Shown here one piece after another: positions 49,096 to 59,600 of a DNA stretch of 64,000 nucleotides. Made by a program: the position numbers and the translations under genes. The notes under the pieces were generated by a model. It was not told the DNA's origin and made no database searches. It saw only the letters and a program-made list of their open reading frames with translations. Location: the NCBI GenBank assembly GCA_040285855.1, contig JAUFOQ010000001.1:1860001-1924000 (forward strand). The letters run 5' to 3'. The first letter of the stretch is position 1. Each line of letters starts with the position of its first letter. Source of the stretch: Eukaryota sp. GEM-RC1. Taxonomy: Eukaryota.

Positions 49096-49302
49096 ATGAC
49101 AGATTCTGATTCTGATAATGATTCGATATATGATTTTGTAGATAATCTGACGCCAATAGATTTTTATCCTCCACCTTTATATGACATATTGACAAATGCA
49201 ATTGGTGATGATTATTGGAAACCACTTCCACCAAAAAAAATAAAAAATATTTATTTTTTAATTGGAATAAATACAAAATGGGGATGTTCCCATACAATTT
49301 GA
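49096..49302 (+). CDS. small acidic/Pro-rich hypothetical protein
   Basis: ATG directly after the repeat array (MTDSDSDNDS...PPP...PLPPKK); true stop may be near 49245. Confidence 0.45.
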   Translation: MTDSDSDNDSIYDFVDNLTPIDFYPPPLYDILTNAIGDDYWKPLPPKKIKNIYFLIGINTKWGCSHTI

Positions 49303-50168
49303 TAAACAGTGTGATAAACTCTTGAGGATTTTATCAACTCAATCATTTCATCAACATCCATTCTTTGAACATTATCTTGGAGATAATTCATTCGAGGAAT
49401 ACTATCTAAATAGTCCTCATATTCTGGCAAATCCCATGGGTCATTGAAATAATGGTTGGCAAATACTACATTATTATATCCTTGAATAAACGGAACATGG
49501 GGGATTCTTTCTCTTCGATTCCATAGATAACATCTGGCTTCGCGTTCATTTGCTAGACCAATCAAGTAGGAAAAATTTGGTAAATTTTCCAATAGCCATC
49601 TTTCACCATCTTCTATGGTTTTAGATTCCACTAACAAAGGAAGCAAGTTGTAATCCATTCGGTTTGGACTTTTATGACCTAATTTGGTCATTTCCAAATC
49701 ATGCCAGGTTGCATCATTTAGCTCAACGAAAACCCCATGAGAATTACATCCAGTGGTAGCGTATAAACATCCAGCCCAGCCAAAAGTAGTAAAACTCATT
49801 TCATTAATCACGAATGTAGTTTCTACTAAACAATCACTCAACTTGAAGAAAGCCTCATGATAATCGTAATTCCGTCCAAAGATGACTTTGCCAGATTTGG
49901 ATAATTCTCCCAAATAGCAATGGACGAACATTTGCCTTGGTGAGGAAGAATCGCCTCAATGCAATTCAATAACTTGATTTCTTCTAAATCCAATCCACTT
50001 CCATCAGCTGTACCCTCCCATAAATCTTGGTTATAAGGAGTTAATGATTCATAGTACCCTTCAATTACGTTAAAAGGTTTTACTAAAGAATACACTTTTT
50101 AATTTCTTTTTTTAATAGTTTTCCATATTGGAATCCTAAATTGTAAAAGAAGATCCAGATATTAACAT
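49251..50168 (-). CDS. peptidase C45 / acyl-CoA:6-APA acyltransferase-like Ntn hydrolase (frameshifted)
   Basis: Autocleavage CSSIA, GRNYDY, GCNSHGVFVELN and FANHY. Confidence 0.85.
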
Positions 50169-50172
50169 TTTC

Positions 50173-50191
50173 AAAAATAAAATCATTTTTT
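50173..50191 (-). promoter_or_regulatory. putative early promoter AAAAAATGATTTTATTTTT
   Basis: Consensus copy upstream of the ATG at 50168. Confidence 0.65.
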
Positions 50192-50256
50192 ATCAAATAA
50201 AAAAAATAAATTTTATTATCATACTTGTTTAATTTCATATTCACTCTTATTCTTTA

Positions 50257-51505
50257 TTACACATTTAAATGGTTTTTGTTTATTAAATCTATAAGAAAGT
50301 TTTTCAATTCATCATTAAATAATTTGATTCCCTTCTCAATTTGAGAATATCTTTTTCGAGTATCTTCTTGAATATCTAATTCAACAATTGCATGAAATAT
50401 GATTTCCAAAGTAATATTCCACAAATCTCTAATTTCCCTCCAAATCTTGATTTTAAAAGAATTCTTAAGATAAAGTTCTTTTAATTTATCAAGGTGCATT
50501 TCATTCATCAAATATCTAATTTTTGCATTTTCTATATTATTTCTAGAAGACCCAATATGATGAGCAATGCTATTATTAATTGATTGCAACAAACGTCGCT
50601 CAAAGTGGTTAAATCGATCTAATGGATTTTCACAATGATCAATAACGATATTATTATTTCTCATGTATTCATAATAATGAGGATTATGCGTTACACCAAT
50701 AACAATTTCCATGGTATACCACTCAAATGTTGTATGACATTTAGTACACCACATTTGTGAACATCCGTCAATTTTATGAATAGGTACTTGGCAACTTGGA
50801 CAAGGTTTTGTTGATTTTTTGATCAATTTAACACTTTCGATATTTTCAGGTTTGCATTCATGATTTTCCATATACAATTCCCAACAATTATTGCAATAGT
50901 TTCGATTACATATCATGCATTTGTTATTAATGATAAATCCATTACAATAATTACAAGGTTTTTGAGCATCAATTACTTTTGGAGTAATTCCTTTCATTGA
51001 GTATATTTCATTTTGAAGTTCTGATTGTTTCATAATAAGTGTCATGATTTCTTGTTTAGTAATCTTTACACTCTTTCTATTGTCTTCACATTCATGTAAT
51101 TTTTCAACTTTTTCATTTATATGAATATTCGGATTCGTAACATTTGTATTTAATAATCTTATTTGTTCTTCCAAATGACTAAGTAATTTATATTTACTTT
51201 TTAATTGTTCAGTGACTCGATATTTTTCAAGTTTGACATTAACAAAAGGTAATAGATCAGGTAAACGTTGTTTTTCAAACTCGAATTCTTGTTCAATTTG
51301 TTTCTTTATTTGATTTCTCAAAAATACACTTCCAAGATGTTGTTCGATAAAAATATCAGTCCACTCATTTTTACAATTCATGCAGCTTATTTTTATTTGT
51401 TCATTTGCAAATTTTTTAACACATTGAATACAAATATCAACACCACAAGGACATGTAATTTTTTTCTATTTTTGTAAAATTCAAAACACATACAATACAT
51501 TCCAT
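50257..51505 (-). CDS. RING-between-RING (Ariadne-like) E3 ubiquitin ligase
   Basis: N-terminal RING (CIVC...CPC...CIQC...CMNC), coiled coil, IBR-like CNYC...CMIC...CNNC...HEC, RING2 PCPSC...KIDGCSQMWCTKCHTTFEW and HNPHYYE. Confidence 0.88.
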
Positions 51506-51578
51506 TATAATAAAATAAAAATCATTTTTTATATAAAAAAAATAAAAATCAATAAATGACTTTTACTTTGGTTTATTT

Positions 51579-52084
51579 TTAATCAATATACATGGCACCA
51601 AAATTATTGGCATCAATATAATCTTCGAAAGCAAATACATCCTTGTAATTATTCGGATCATCAGTGGTTTGGGAATTGGTCAATTCTAGAAAGTTAACTC
51701 CTAGTAAAGACATATCAACCTTAGTCACGTTAATGTAAATAAAGATTGCAGCAGGTTTGTATACGGCAACGTGGAAAAATTCGGAATCGACGATATAGTT
51801 GAAACAGTAGTCAATGACAATTGTAGTTTTCACTACACAATTGATAATTTGCAAAATAGACCTATCAGGGAATGGGTTCGGGGTAAAGCGGTTTATGACG
51901 CAATTTTCAAAAGTCAGGTAAGACACGTCAAAGTCATCTTGGACATCAATGATACAATTAATAAAGATCGCACTTTCAAGTGGATCAATACTATGTATTA
52001 TCAGATCTTCAAAGACTGTGGGGGTTTTGAAATTGGTTCAGACAGCTTAAAAGCACGGGCGTGTTTATAGATGGGGAACAACAT
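51579..52084 (-). CDS. beta-solenoid-like hypothetical protein, paralogue of the next gene (frameshift ~52022)
   Basis: AIFINCIIDVQDDFDVSYLTFENCVINRFTP aligns with the neighbour's AIFVDCRIDVVDEFSVANAIFRNCSFNRFTP. Confidence 0.7.
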
Positions 52085-52166
52085 TACGATAATTTATAAT
52101 CATTTTATTAATCTCTAATCATTTTTTGGAAAAAATAAAAATCAATAAATGATCTTTATTTGGATT

Positions 52167-52634
52167 TTATTGAAAAGTATAATCATCAAAATAAGAAGAA
52201 AATTCCCAATTATCATAATTGGTGTCAGCTTTCATGATGGAATTACTAAGAGTAACATCAGATATCGTCAACACGGATAAATCAACATTCTTAACATCTT
52301 CAAAATAGTAACTACGGAATTCTTTCTTTCCATTGAAAGGGAAAAACTCACACTTGACAATATAGTTTAGTTTGTAAGTCAAATCAACTGGTCCTTGAAC
52401 TAAACAATTCTCTAATTTAATAGAAATCTGATTAGTTTCAATATAGCGAGGAGTAAACCGATTAAAGGAACAATTCCTAAAAATAGCATTGGCAACACTG
52501 AATTCATCAACTACATCAATTCGACAATCAACAAAGATTGCATCATCCATTGATCCAACATTTTTGATTTGTTGGTTTCGGAAAACATTACCCTCAGAGG
52601 GCTTGTTGTAATCAAACGTGGGAGCGAGTATCAT
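52167..52634 (-). CDS. beta-solenoid-like hypothetical protein, 155 aa
   Basis: Intact ORF with FxNC repeats and the promoter motif at 52642-52658. Confidence 0.7.
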   Translation of the reverse strand: MILAPTFDYNKPSEGNVFRNQQIKNVGSMDDAIFVDCRIDVVDEFSVANAIFRNCSFNRFTPRYIETNQISIKLENCLVQGPVDLTYKLNYIVKCEFFPFNGKKEFRSYYFEDVKNVDLSVLTISDVTLSNSIMKADTNYDNWEFSSYFDDYTFQ

Positions 52635-52750
52635 TTTTTATAAAAAATAATCATTTTTCTTTTATATAACGTTTGAGTTGTTTATTACCTAAAAAGTTGT
52701 GATCAATCTTATATACTCGATCAATAATTTCAGGAACATGATGAACAATA

Positions 52751-52999
52751 TTAGCAGGATTTGCAATGATGACATGTGTTATAAAATCTTTGTCTTTTGT
52801 AGGTCTTCAGAACAGTATTTAATACTAAAAGTAGATGACATTGTTCGTAAGTAGAATTCCTTATCTTTTTCAATTCAGTGCAATGAGTCAAATTCTCAGA
52901 TTTATAAATTATTGCATCTCTTGCAATATCTTTATCATTTCTTATATGTTCTGGAAATAATCTGATTTTACCATAATCCAAAAATCTGTTTGGTCACAT
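52751..52999 (-). CDS. small DUF4116-like repeat protein (frameshifted)
   Basis: FPEHIRNDKDIARDAI pattern; promoter motif at ~53010-53022. Confidence 0.45.
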
Positions 53000-53060
53000 T
53001 TACGAAATATAAAATCATTTTTTAAATAAAAAATAATAATAGTTTATTTGCAACAATTAA

Positions 53061-53785
53061 TTAATACATATCAATTTCCTCAAGATCTACAGTAATTAAT
53101 TTGTGATGATTTGGTGCTAATTTTCTAATCTCAGTTAAATCTATAGGTTCCAAAGGTTTTCCAAGTTTATGATGTGATTTAGCAAACGCATTAAATCCTG
53201 CCCATGAATGTTTTAATCTTCTTTCGTTATGATTCAAAATTAAATGAGAATCAAACTGTGGAGATTCTTTAATCCAATCAAATACTTCTTCATAGTTATT
53301 AAATCCCTCTTGATATCGCTCATATGATAATCCCATCATTTCAAGAATTTTAGAAAAAGACTTTGCTACAATTACATCAATTAAAACTTCATCACGAATT
53401 TTTATCATTAATCCTCGATGAGAAAACGAGTAATGTGGTTTAACTAATAATCCTAAATATCTTCCAGTCATATTCCAAGCAACAAAATCTCTCATGTAAT
53501 CAAAATTATCTGTAAATGTTAAATCAACTTGATGTCCTTTATATAAGAAGGAATAATTAACTTTAGATTGTTTTTAGGTTTTAATTCATCCTTGTATCGA
53601 TCAAGAAATGGTTTCGCTTTACCTTCAACTAAAATATCCACATCACCAAAATCTACCTTGCTTTTTAATTCACGAGAAACTTCAGCTCTTGGATAATATG
53701 GTTTTAATAAATCAATTACTTCTTTGGATATTTGTGCAAATCGTGCTTGATTCAATCGTTCACCTTTTAATAAAGATCCACCCAT
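53061..53785 (-). CDS. Pol-beta/PolX-superfamily nucleotidyltransferase (frameshifted)
   Basis: KVDFGDVDILV (GDxD), downstream QVDL third Asp, FSHRGL and ILEMMGLSY thumb-like motifs. Confidence 0.7.
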
Positions 53786-53847
53786 TAGTAAAAAATAAAA
53801 TCACATTTTTCAATAATAAAACAATACAAATATATTTAACATATAAA

Positions 53848-54209
53848 ATGAAAGCTATTCTCATTAGAACATTAATATTTTCATTAATTATATTTGCAAT
53901 CACTGCTTTTTTGAATTCCAAGATCCCAATTATAAACACATGTTTTGGTGGTCTAGTTTATTCCTAATTTGGTTACTAGTAGGTATATTCACTCCTGCAT
54001 CTTATATAAACTTTACATTAAATTTACTCATAATATTTGTTTGGGAATTTGGCGAATATATTTTATCAATAGGTTATGATAGATTTACTGAAAAACCAAC
54101 AAAGAAAATTATTGACATTACGGTAAATATAAGTGGTCTTATATGTGGTTATTTAGCGGCTGATGTGATTAAAAGAAAATTTGAAAAATCATATGAAAAA
54201 ATTATTTGA
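53848..54209 (+). CDS. small multi-pass membrane protein (frameshifted)
   Basis: Several hydrophobic helices, with WEFGE...D-I-x-x-N reminiscent of VanZ-like membrane proteins. Confidence 0.5.
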
Positions 54210-54507
54210 TATATTAGGAGGAACATCTTCATTTAAAGAAAATCCACTTTCAGGAAATAATAGAGGTATAAATATAAATAAAAATAATGAAACAAATAAT
54301 GCGATAATTATCCACAAAACAAGATTTATCTTTGTTGGTTTATTAAAAATATCGATATGATCATTTATATTTTTTTATCATTATCAAATTTGTATACTTT
54401 GATTGAGTGATGCATTTTATATAAAAAATAAATTAGTTTTATTTAATTGATACGTTCAATATCAATAAAAGGAAAAGTCTCACGTATCTTTGCTTCATTG
54501 TCAATAC

Positions 54508-54996
54508 TCACATCTTCCAAGATAATTTTCGAAGGAGTAAAGGTTGGATTTGATAAAAGACTCGTAATTCATGAGTTATTTTTTCAATATGCAAAACAGT
54601 TTCTTTCCTATCAACATTGATTGTAGATCTACCACCAAATGTGACATTTACTTGTTTTAGATTTTTAACGTCACGTAATAAATTCAATGCCAACATTTCA
54701 CCAAAACTCATTTCCCACATTTTAATATTTAAAACGATTTTTTCGAAATTCAATTCATTCAATCGTTTAATTATTCTTCGGGGCACGGCCACATCAATAT
54801 TAAAAACATGATGATATAAAGTCAAATTCTTGATTGGATGTTCATGTGGGAAATCTTTAAGAAAACGATCAATACGTTTCACTATTCTTCTTCGAGGACA
54901 TCCTATTTGAATTGCTTCATAGTTTTGGAGTTCCTCATATAAATGAAAGTAGTTTGCAGGAATGTTAGGAATTACCAATTTACGGAGAGTAACCAT
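54508..54996 (-). CDS. hypothetical protein (LRR-like beta/alpha pattern)
   Basis: ORF with the promoter motif at 55001-55020; LKQVNVTF and IKNLTLY strands. Confidence 0.55.
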   Translation of the reverse strand: MVTLRKLVIPNIPANYFHLYEELQNYEAIQIGCPRRRIVKRIDRFLKDFPHEHPIKNLTLYHHVFNIDVAVPRRIIKRLNELNFEKIVLNIKMWEMSFGEMLALNLLRDVKNLKQVNVTFGGRSTINVDRKETVLHIEKITHELRVFYQIQPLLLRKLSWKM

Positions 54997-55018
54997 TTCT
55001 AAAAAATAAAATCATTTT

Positions 55019-56358
55019 TTATTCATCTTCATAGAAATAATGTAAAAATTGTGGCTTAATTCTTAATCTAACTTTCATTTCATTTGATAATTCCCACTTA
55101 TAATCTTCATTACGATCATATGCAAATTTACAAAAATCAATATCATTTAATAATCTACTAGAGCAATAACGAATAGATAAATTTTGTGTGATTGCCCATT
55201 TACAAAAATCTGTATCATCTCTTAATCGAGCTGAGCAATACCTTATGATTACGTTAATTAATTCATGATCTGACAAGGAAGTAACAATCATTTTGAAAAA
55301 GTCTTCATTGTCTCTTATTCTATCAGAACAATGTTCATAATTGAGAACATATCCATAGATTGCAGTTTTACAAATGTCATAATCATCTTTTAACCTATCT
55401 GAAACCCATCGAAATAACTTTGTATTTAAGTTGAGTGCGTTAATGACAAAATCGTTGTCATCTTTTAATTGATGAGGATACCATTTAAAACAATACCACC
55501 ATTGTGTCTTGATTACTTTTTCTAAAAATTCATAATCATTTTTAAATTGACAAAATTTGAAATTAAGAGGATCTTCTTTGATAGCAATTTCGCAAAATCG
55601 TTTGTTATTCCTTAATATAGGATCACAAGTATAAAGTTTTTGGCAATCTTTCTAGTTAAATCTCCTTCCAAATCATTTAATATAACGTCACAATCATATT
55701 GATATGGATTTTCCAAAACGATATATAGGTTCTCATACATGTATACAGAATACTTTGGACTAAAGTTCACTAGATCCAAATCATAATGTTCAATGGTAAA
55801 TGTATAATTACCTTCAAGATGTATTTCTCGATATAATGATTTTAACTCATCAAATGAACAATCATTACATATTTCCGCTATATCAGCAGTTAAATGATTA
55901 TGATAATAATAATATGTCTCCATTACACTAATGAGATAGTTATCTTCAATTCTCCAATGACAATGCATGAGCATATCAGCAATTATGATTTTTTTAATAT
56001 TGAGTTTTTTCAACATGTACAAGTATTCATTTGGAATTAAATCATTACAAATAATCGATAATTCAAATACATTTAACATTTTCAATAATTCATAAGATAT
56101 TGGTTCCTCGGATATTAATGTTACATGTACAACTTTTATATTTGATTCAATGAATTCAATTAATTCATCTTCATGGTGCAATGTTACTTTATTCCAACAT
56201 TTTTTTGGTTGAGTTTTAATCCATGATAAAGCAGTATTGTTATTTTTGATAATCTTTGATTCTAGAGCAATTGCAATCTTGAAACAATTTACCGAAACAT
56301 ATTTGTATATATCGGGTTTTGAATATTTGCAAATGGTATAGATTAAAGAAGTATGCAT
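55019..56358 (-). CDS. protein with C-terminal DUF4116-like repeats (possible N-terminal F-box), frameshifted
   Basis: Repeats IRYCSARLRDDTDFCKWAI, IRYCSSRLLNDIDFCKFAY and WVSDRLKDDYDICKTAI; promoter motif at 56364-56384. Confidence 0.7.
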
Positions 56359-56391
56359 TTATTAAAAAATAAAATCACTTTTTTTATTTAT

Positions 56392-56589
56392 TTATTTATT
56401 TGTCAGGATTTTTACAATTGTATTTTCAAATGTTTCTTTCCATGAATTTAATGTTTCATTAGACATTGGGATATTTGATGTTAGATCAGCTAGCAATTCT
56501 TTATAGTTTTCTGGAATTAATGTTTTATCATTGACCGCATCATAAAGTAAAGTATTCCAACACTTCACGGTATTATTAAATTTGGGCAT
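56392..56589 (-). CDS. small hypothetical protein, 65 aa
   Basis: Intact ORF immediately downstream of the fibre gene. Confidence 0.45.
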   Translation of the reverse strand: MPKFNNTVKCWNTLLYDAVNDKTLIPENYKELLADLTSNIPMSNETLNSWKETFENTIVKILTNK

Positions 56590-56623
56590 TTGATTTTTTT
56601 ATAATAAAGTAATTGCTTTTATG

Positions 56624-59600
56624 TTAGGAGTTTTCTAATGTTTTTAATCTTTCGTCCATTGAAAGAATTAAAGATTTTAAACTTTGATTTTCATCTTTTA
56701 ATTCTTTAATTTCATTTTCGTGATCTTTAATCAATGCTATTAAAGGTACAACTAAACGAGCATATTGTACACCTACTGGAGGACATTTTTTCATTTTTTC
56801 TTTAATTTCGTCTTCAGTCATATTTTCAAACATTTCATCAGATAGAGCATATGTTGCAATTTTTTATCAATTTCTGCAACTTCTTCAGCAATAAAACCAT
56901 ATTGTTTCCAAGGAATAGCACTGTCTGCTGTATTTTTGGACGATATAATATTGGTCTAAGGTTTAATATCCTTCGATATTTATCTATTTCAAGATCTTCT
57001 ATATCAGTTTTATATTTAATAGAAGAATTCTCTGATGCAAAATTTCCATGCGAATCGATTACCACAGTCATTCCATTAGAAATTTTACGATCTCTTACAG
57101 GATAACATCTAAGTGATCTATAATCTGACCCACCAACATTATCTCTAATCGAAAATAATTCACGACCAAATTCCCCATCTTTAAGTGAAGTTGATAGGAA
57201 AGAAAATTGGTTATTTGGTGATATAGTAAACAACATATTCCCGTTACCTGAAAGTCTCAAGGCTTCAATTGTATTGGTATGTATATTAGTATCACCATCA
57301 TGTATGTAAAATGACATTTGGGGACTTCCTGCATTATGTTGTGTTCGAATTTCATGATATCTAATATCATCATCACGTCTACCAAATCTGAGTATGCCAA
57401 GTTCATTAAATGTTTCAGCAATGTTCATAGTTACTTTATCATGAGATATACTAATCACAGAATCATTTGGTCCAACATTATCTCCTTCCCTCCACTCCTA
57501 TTACAGAGATGGATTGTTCCTTGTCCCCAACTAGAAGTCTGTTCAAATAACAATCCCATTTTCGGAGTAATCTTACTTGCATCTGATTGAAGATTAGCAA
57601 AGATTCCTGTCCAAGCTCCACTTTCTTCCTGATGTGCGAAGAGCATTAAGAAGAATTGAATAGTTATTTTTAGTGATGTCCTCGTGAAAAGAGTTGATGG
57701 TTAATTGCTTTTCAGATTGAAAAGCGTTACTTCCTATAGTAGCAGATGGGGCAATGAAAGGAACTGCCATCTCAATTCGTCTATCACCACTTCCAATTAA
57801 TCTCAGTATTGTTATTTTCTCGGTCCAATTATTAGTAGATGTACCTGTGTGTATATTAAAATCGATCCATGCAACCGAATCACATCTATACGCAATTTCG
57901 TGTTGTCTAATATTCCTATCATCAGATCTTCCTAAAATAATCCTTCCCATAGTTGAATTATTTGGTGCTACACCCAATTGTAATATTCCATCCTTACCAG
58001 TTATTATTCCCGAATTCATATTAAAATCACCATATATAGTAGTTTTTGTAGAATCGACAACTAATCCGACTCTTTCACCATCAGAATCCTCACCACCATC
58101 AAAATAACATCCAATAGCAACACCATTGTTACCATATAATAATGTGTGCCCCAAGTTCATCCCACCAAAGGAATCTGTAAAGGCTAAACCATTATAAGTA
58201 TTATATAAATTAATATAATTATTTCGACCAACATTAAATGATCTCCCTCTCCACTCATGGATATATTTGCATTTACAGTAAAACTTCCTGGAATTATGTT
58301 TACCAGATTCTCACCATCATTATAAAGAGGTTTTTATAAATACCAGCAGGACGTCCCATAATTATTAACTCATTTCTATCCAATGCATTACATAAAATCC
58401 TACCAGAATTATATTGAATTGTTCCAAGTTCTTCATATTTAAAATAATTTGCAAAATCATCATCACTGAGATTATCAACTTCAACATCTTCAGTTAGATC
58501 AAGTCTATATAAAACCCATCGTGGATCATTATGATATCTATATATTACAACTAAATCATTTCCTAAATACGTTGGTGCTGAACCTGCTGGAAGAAAATCA
58601 GGTCGCCAATGATCATTTCCAATTTTTGATATTCTGACTCCAGCATTTCTTGAATGTGCCCATCTCGATGATATATAATATCCCTTTCCAACATACGTTC
58701 CGTGATATGTGTTTGTATGACTGCTATCAGTTTTGATAAATTCAATTCTTATATCATCCAATGTTTCCAATGAAATTGATGCTAATTGATTTGATACAAT
58801 ACCATCACCACTACCACTTTGTCTATAATATAAACGACCATCATGTACGAAAAGTGGATCCGTCTGATCATCTGATATTAATGTTCCTGGATTATTAGGA
58901 TTGCCATCATTTATATTTTTATATATCCTCGATAATTATAAGGAGTACCGCGACCACGATAAATATATTCATCACTACTTATCACAACAAATGTACGATC
59001 TGATCCATAACTACAAACAATCTCACTTTCGCCCGTCTCTAAATCAAGTACATGTGTTGGTGAGGATGTTCCATCACCTATTCTATATATTAATTTATTA
59101 TTACCCATATAAGCAATTCTTCCACTACCCCAATTAGGGAAATCATCTTTATGAGAAAGTTTACCATCTGAATTATTAATAGATCTGGAAACAATATTAT
59201 CACCATATTGAACAAGACCTGAATCAAATCCTTCCAATGACGAAATACCTTTAGTTGCGATTATCTGCTCATGAGAAATCATTGAATTCGATGTGAAATC
59301 AAGCATTGGTATATTGTTTAAAGAAATTCCCACAGGGTTAACAAAATTGATTCCTGCATAAACATTAAATGTAGAAAAAGAATTGACTATCCCATTGTTT
59401 ATCGAAAATATTATAGGATCTTCAGCAATTACATAATTTCTAAAATTAACATTACCAATATTTGCATTTTTCGCAAGTAGTTTTGCAAAACTTGTTTCAT
59501 CACCCTCTTGTTTAATATGAGCGTTTGTTTCAAATCTAAATGTACCTGCATTCCAAAATGGTATTCCTTTTGAAATTGGTGCACTTTCTCTTGTTGCTAA

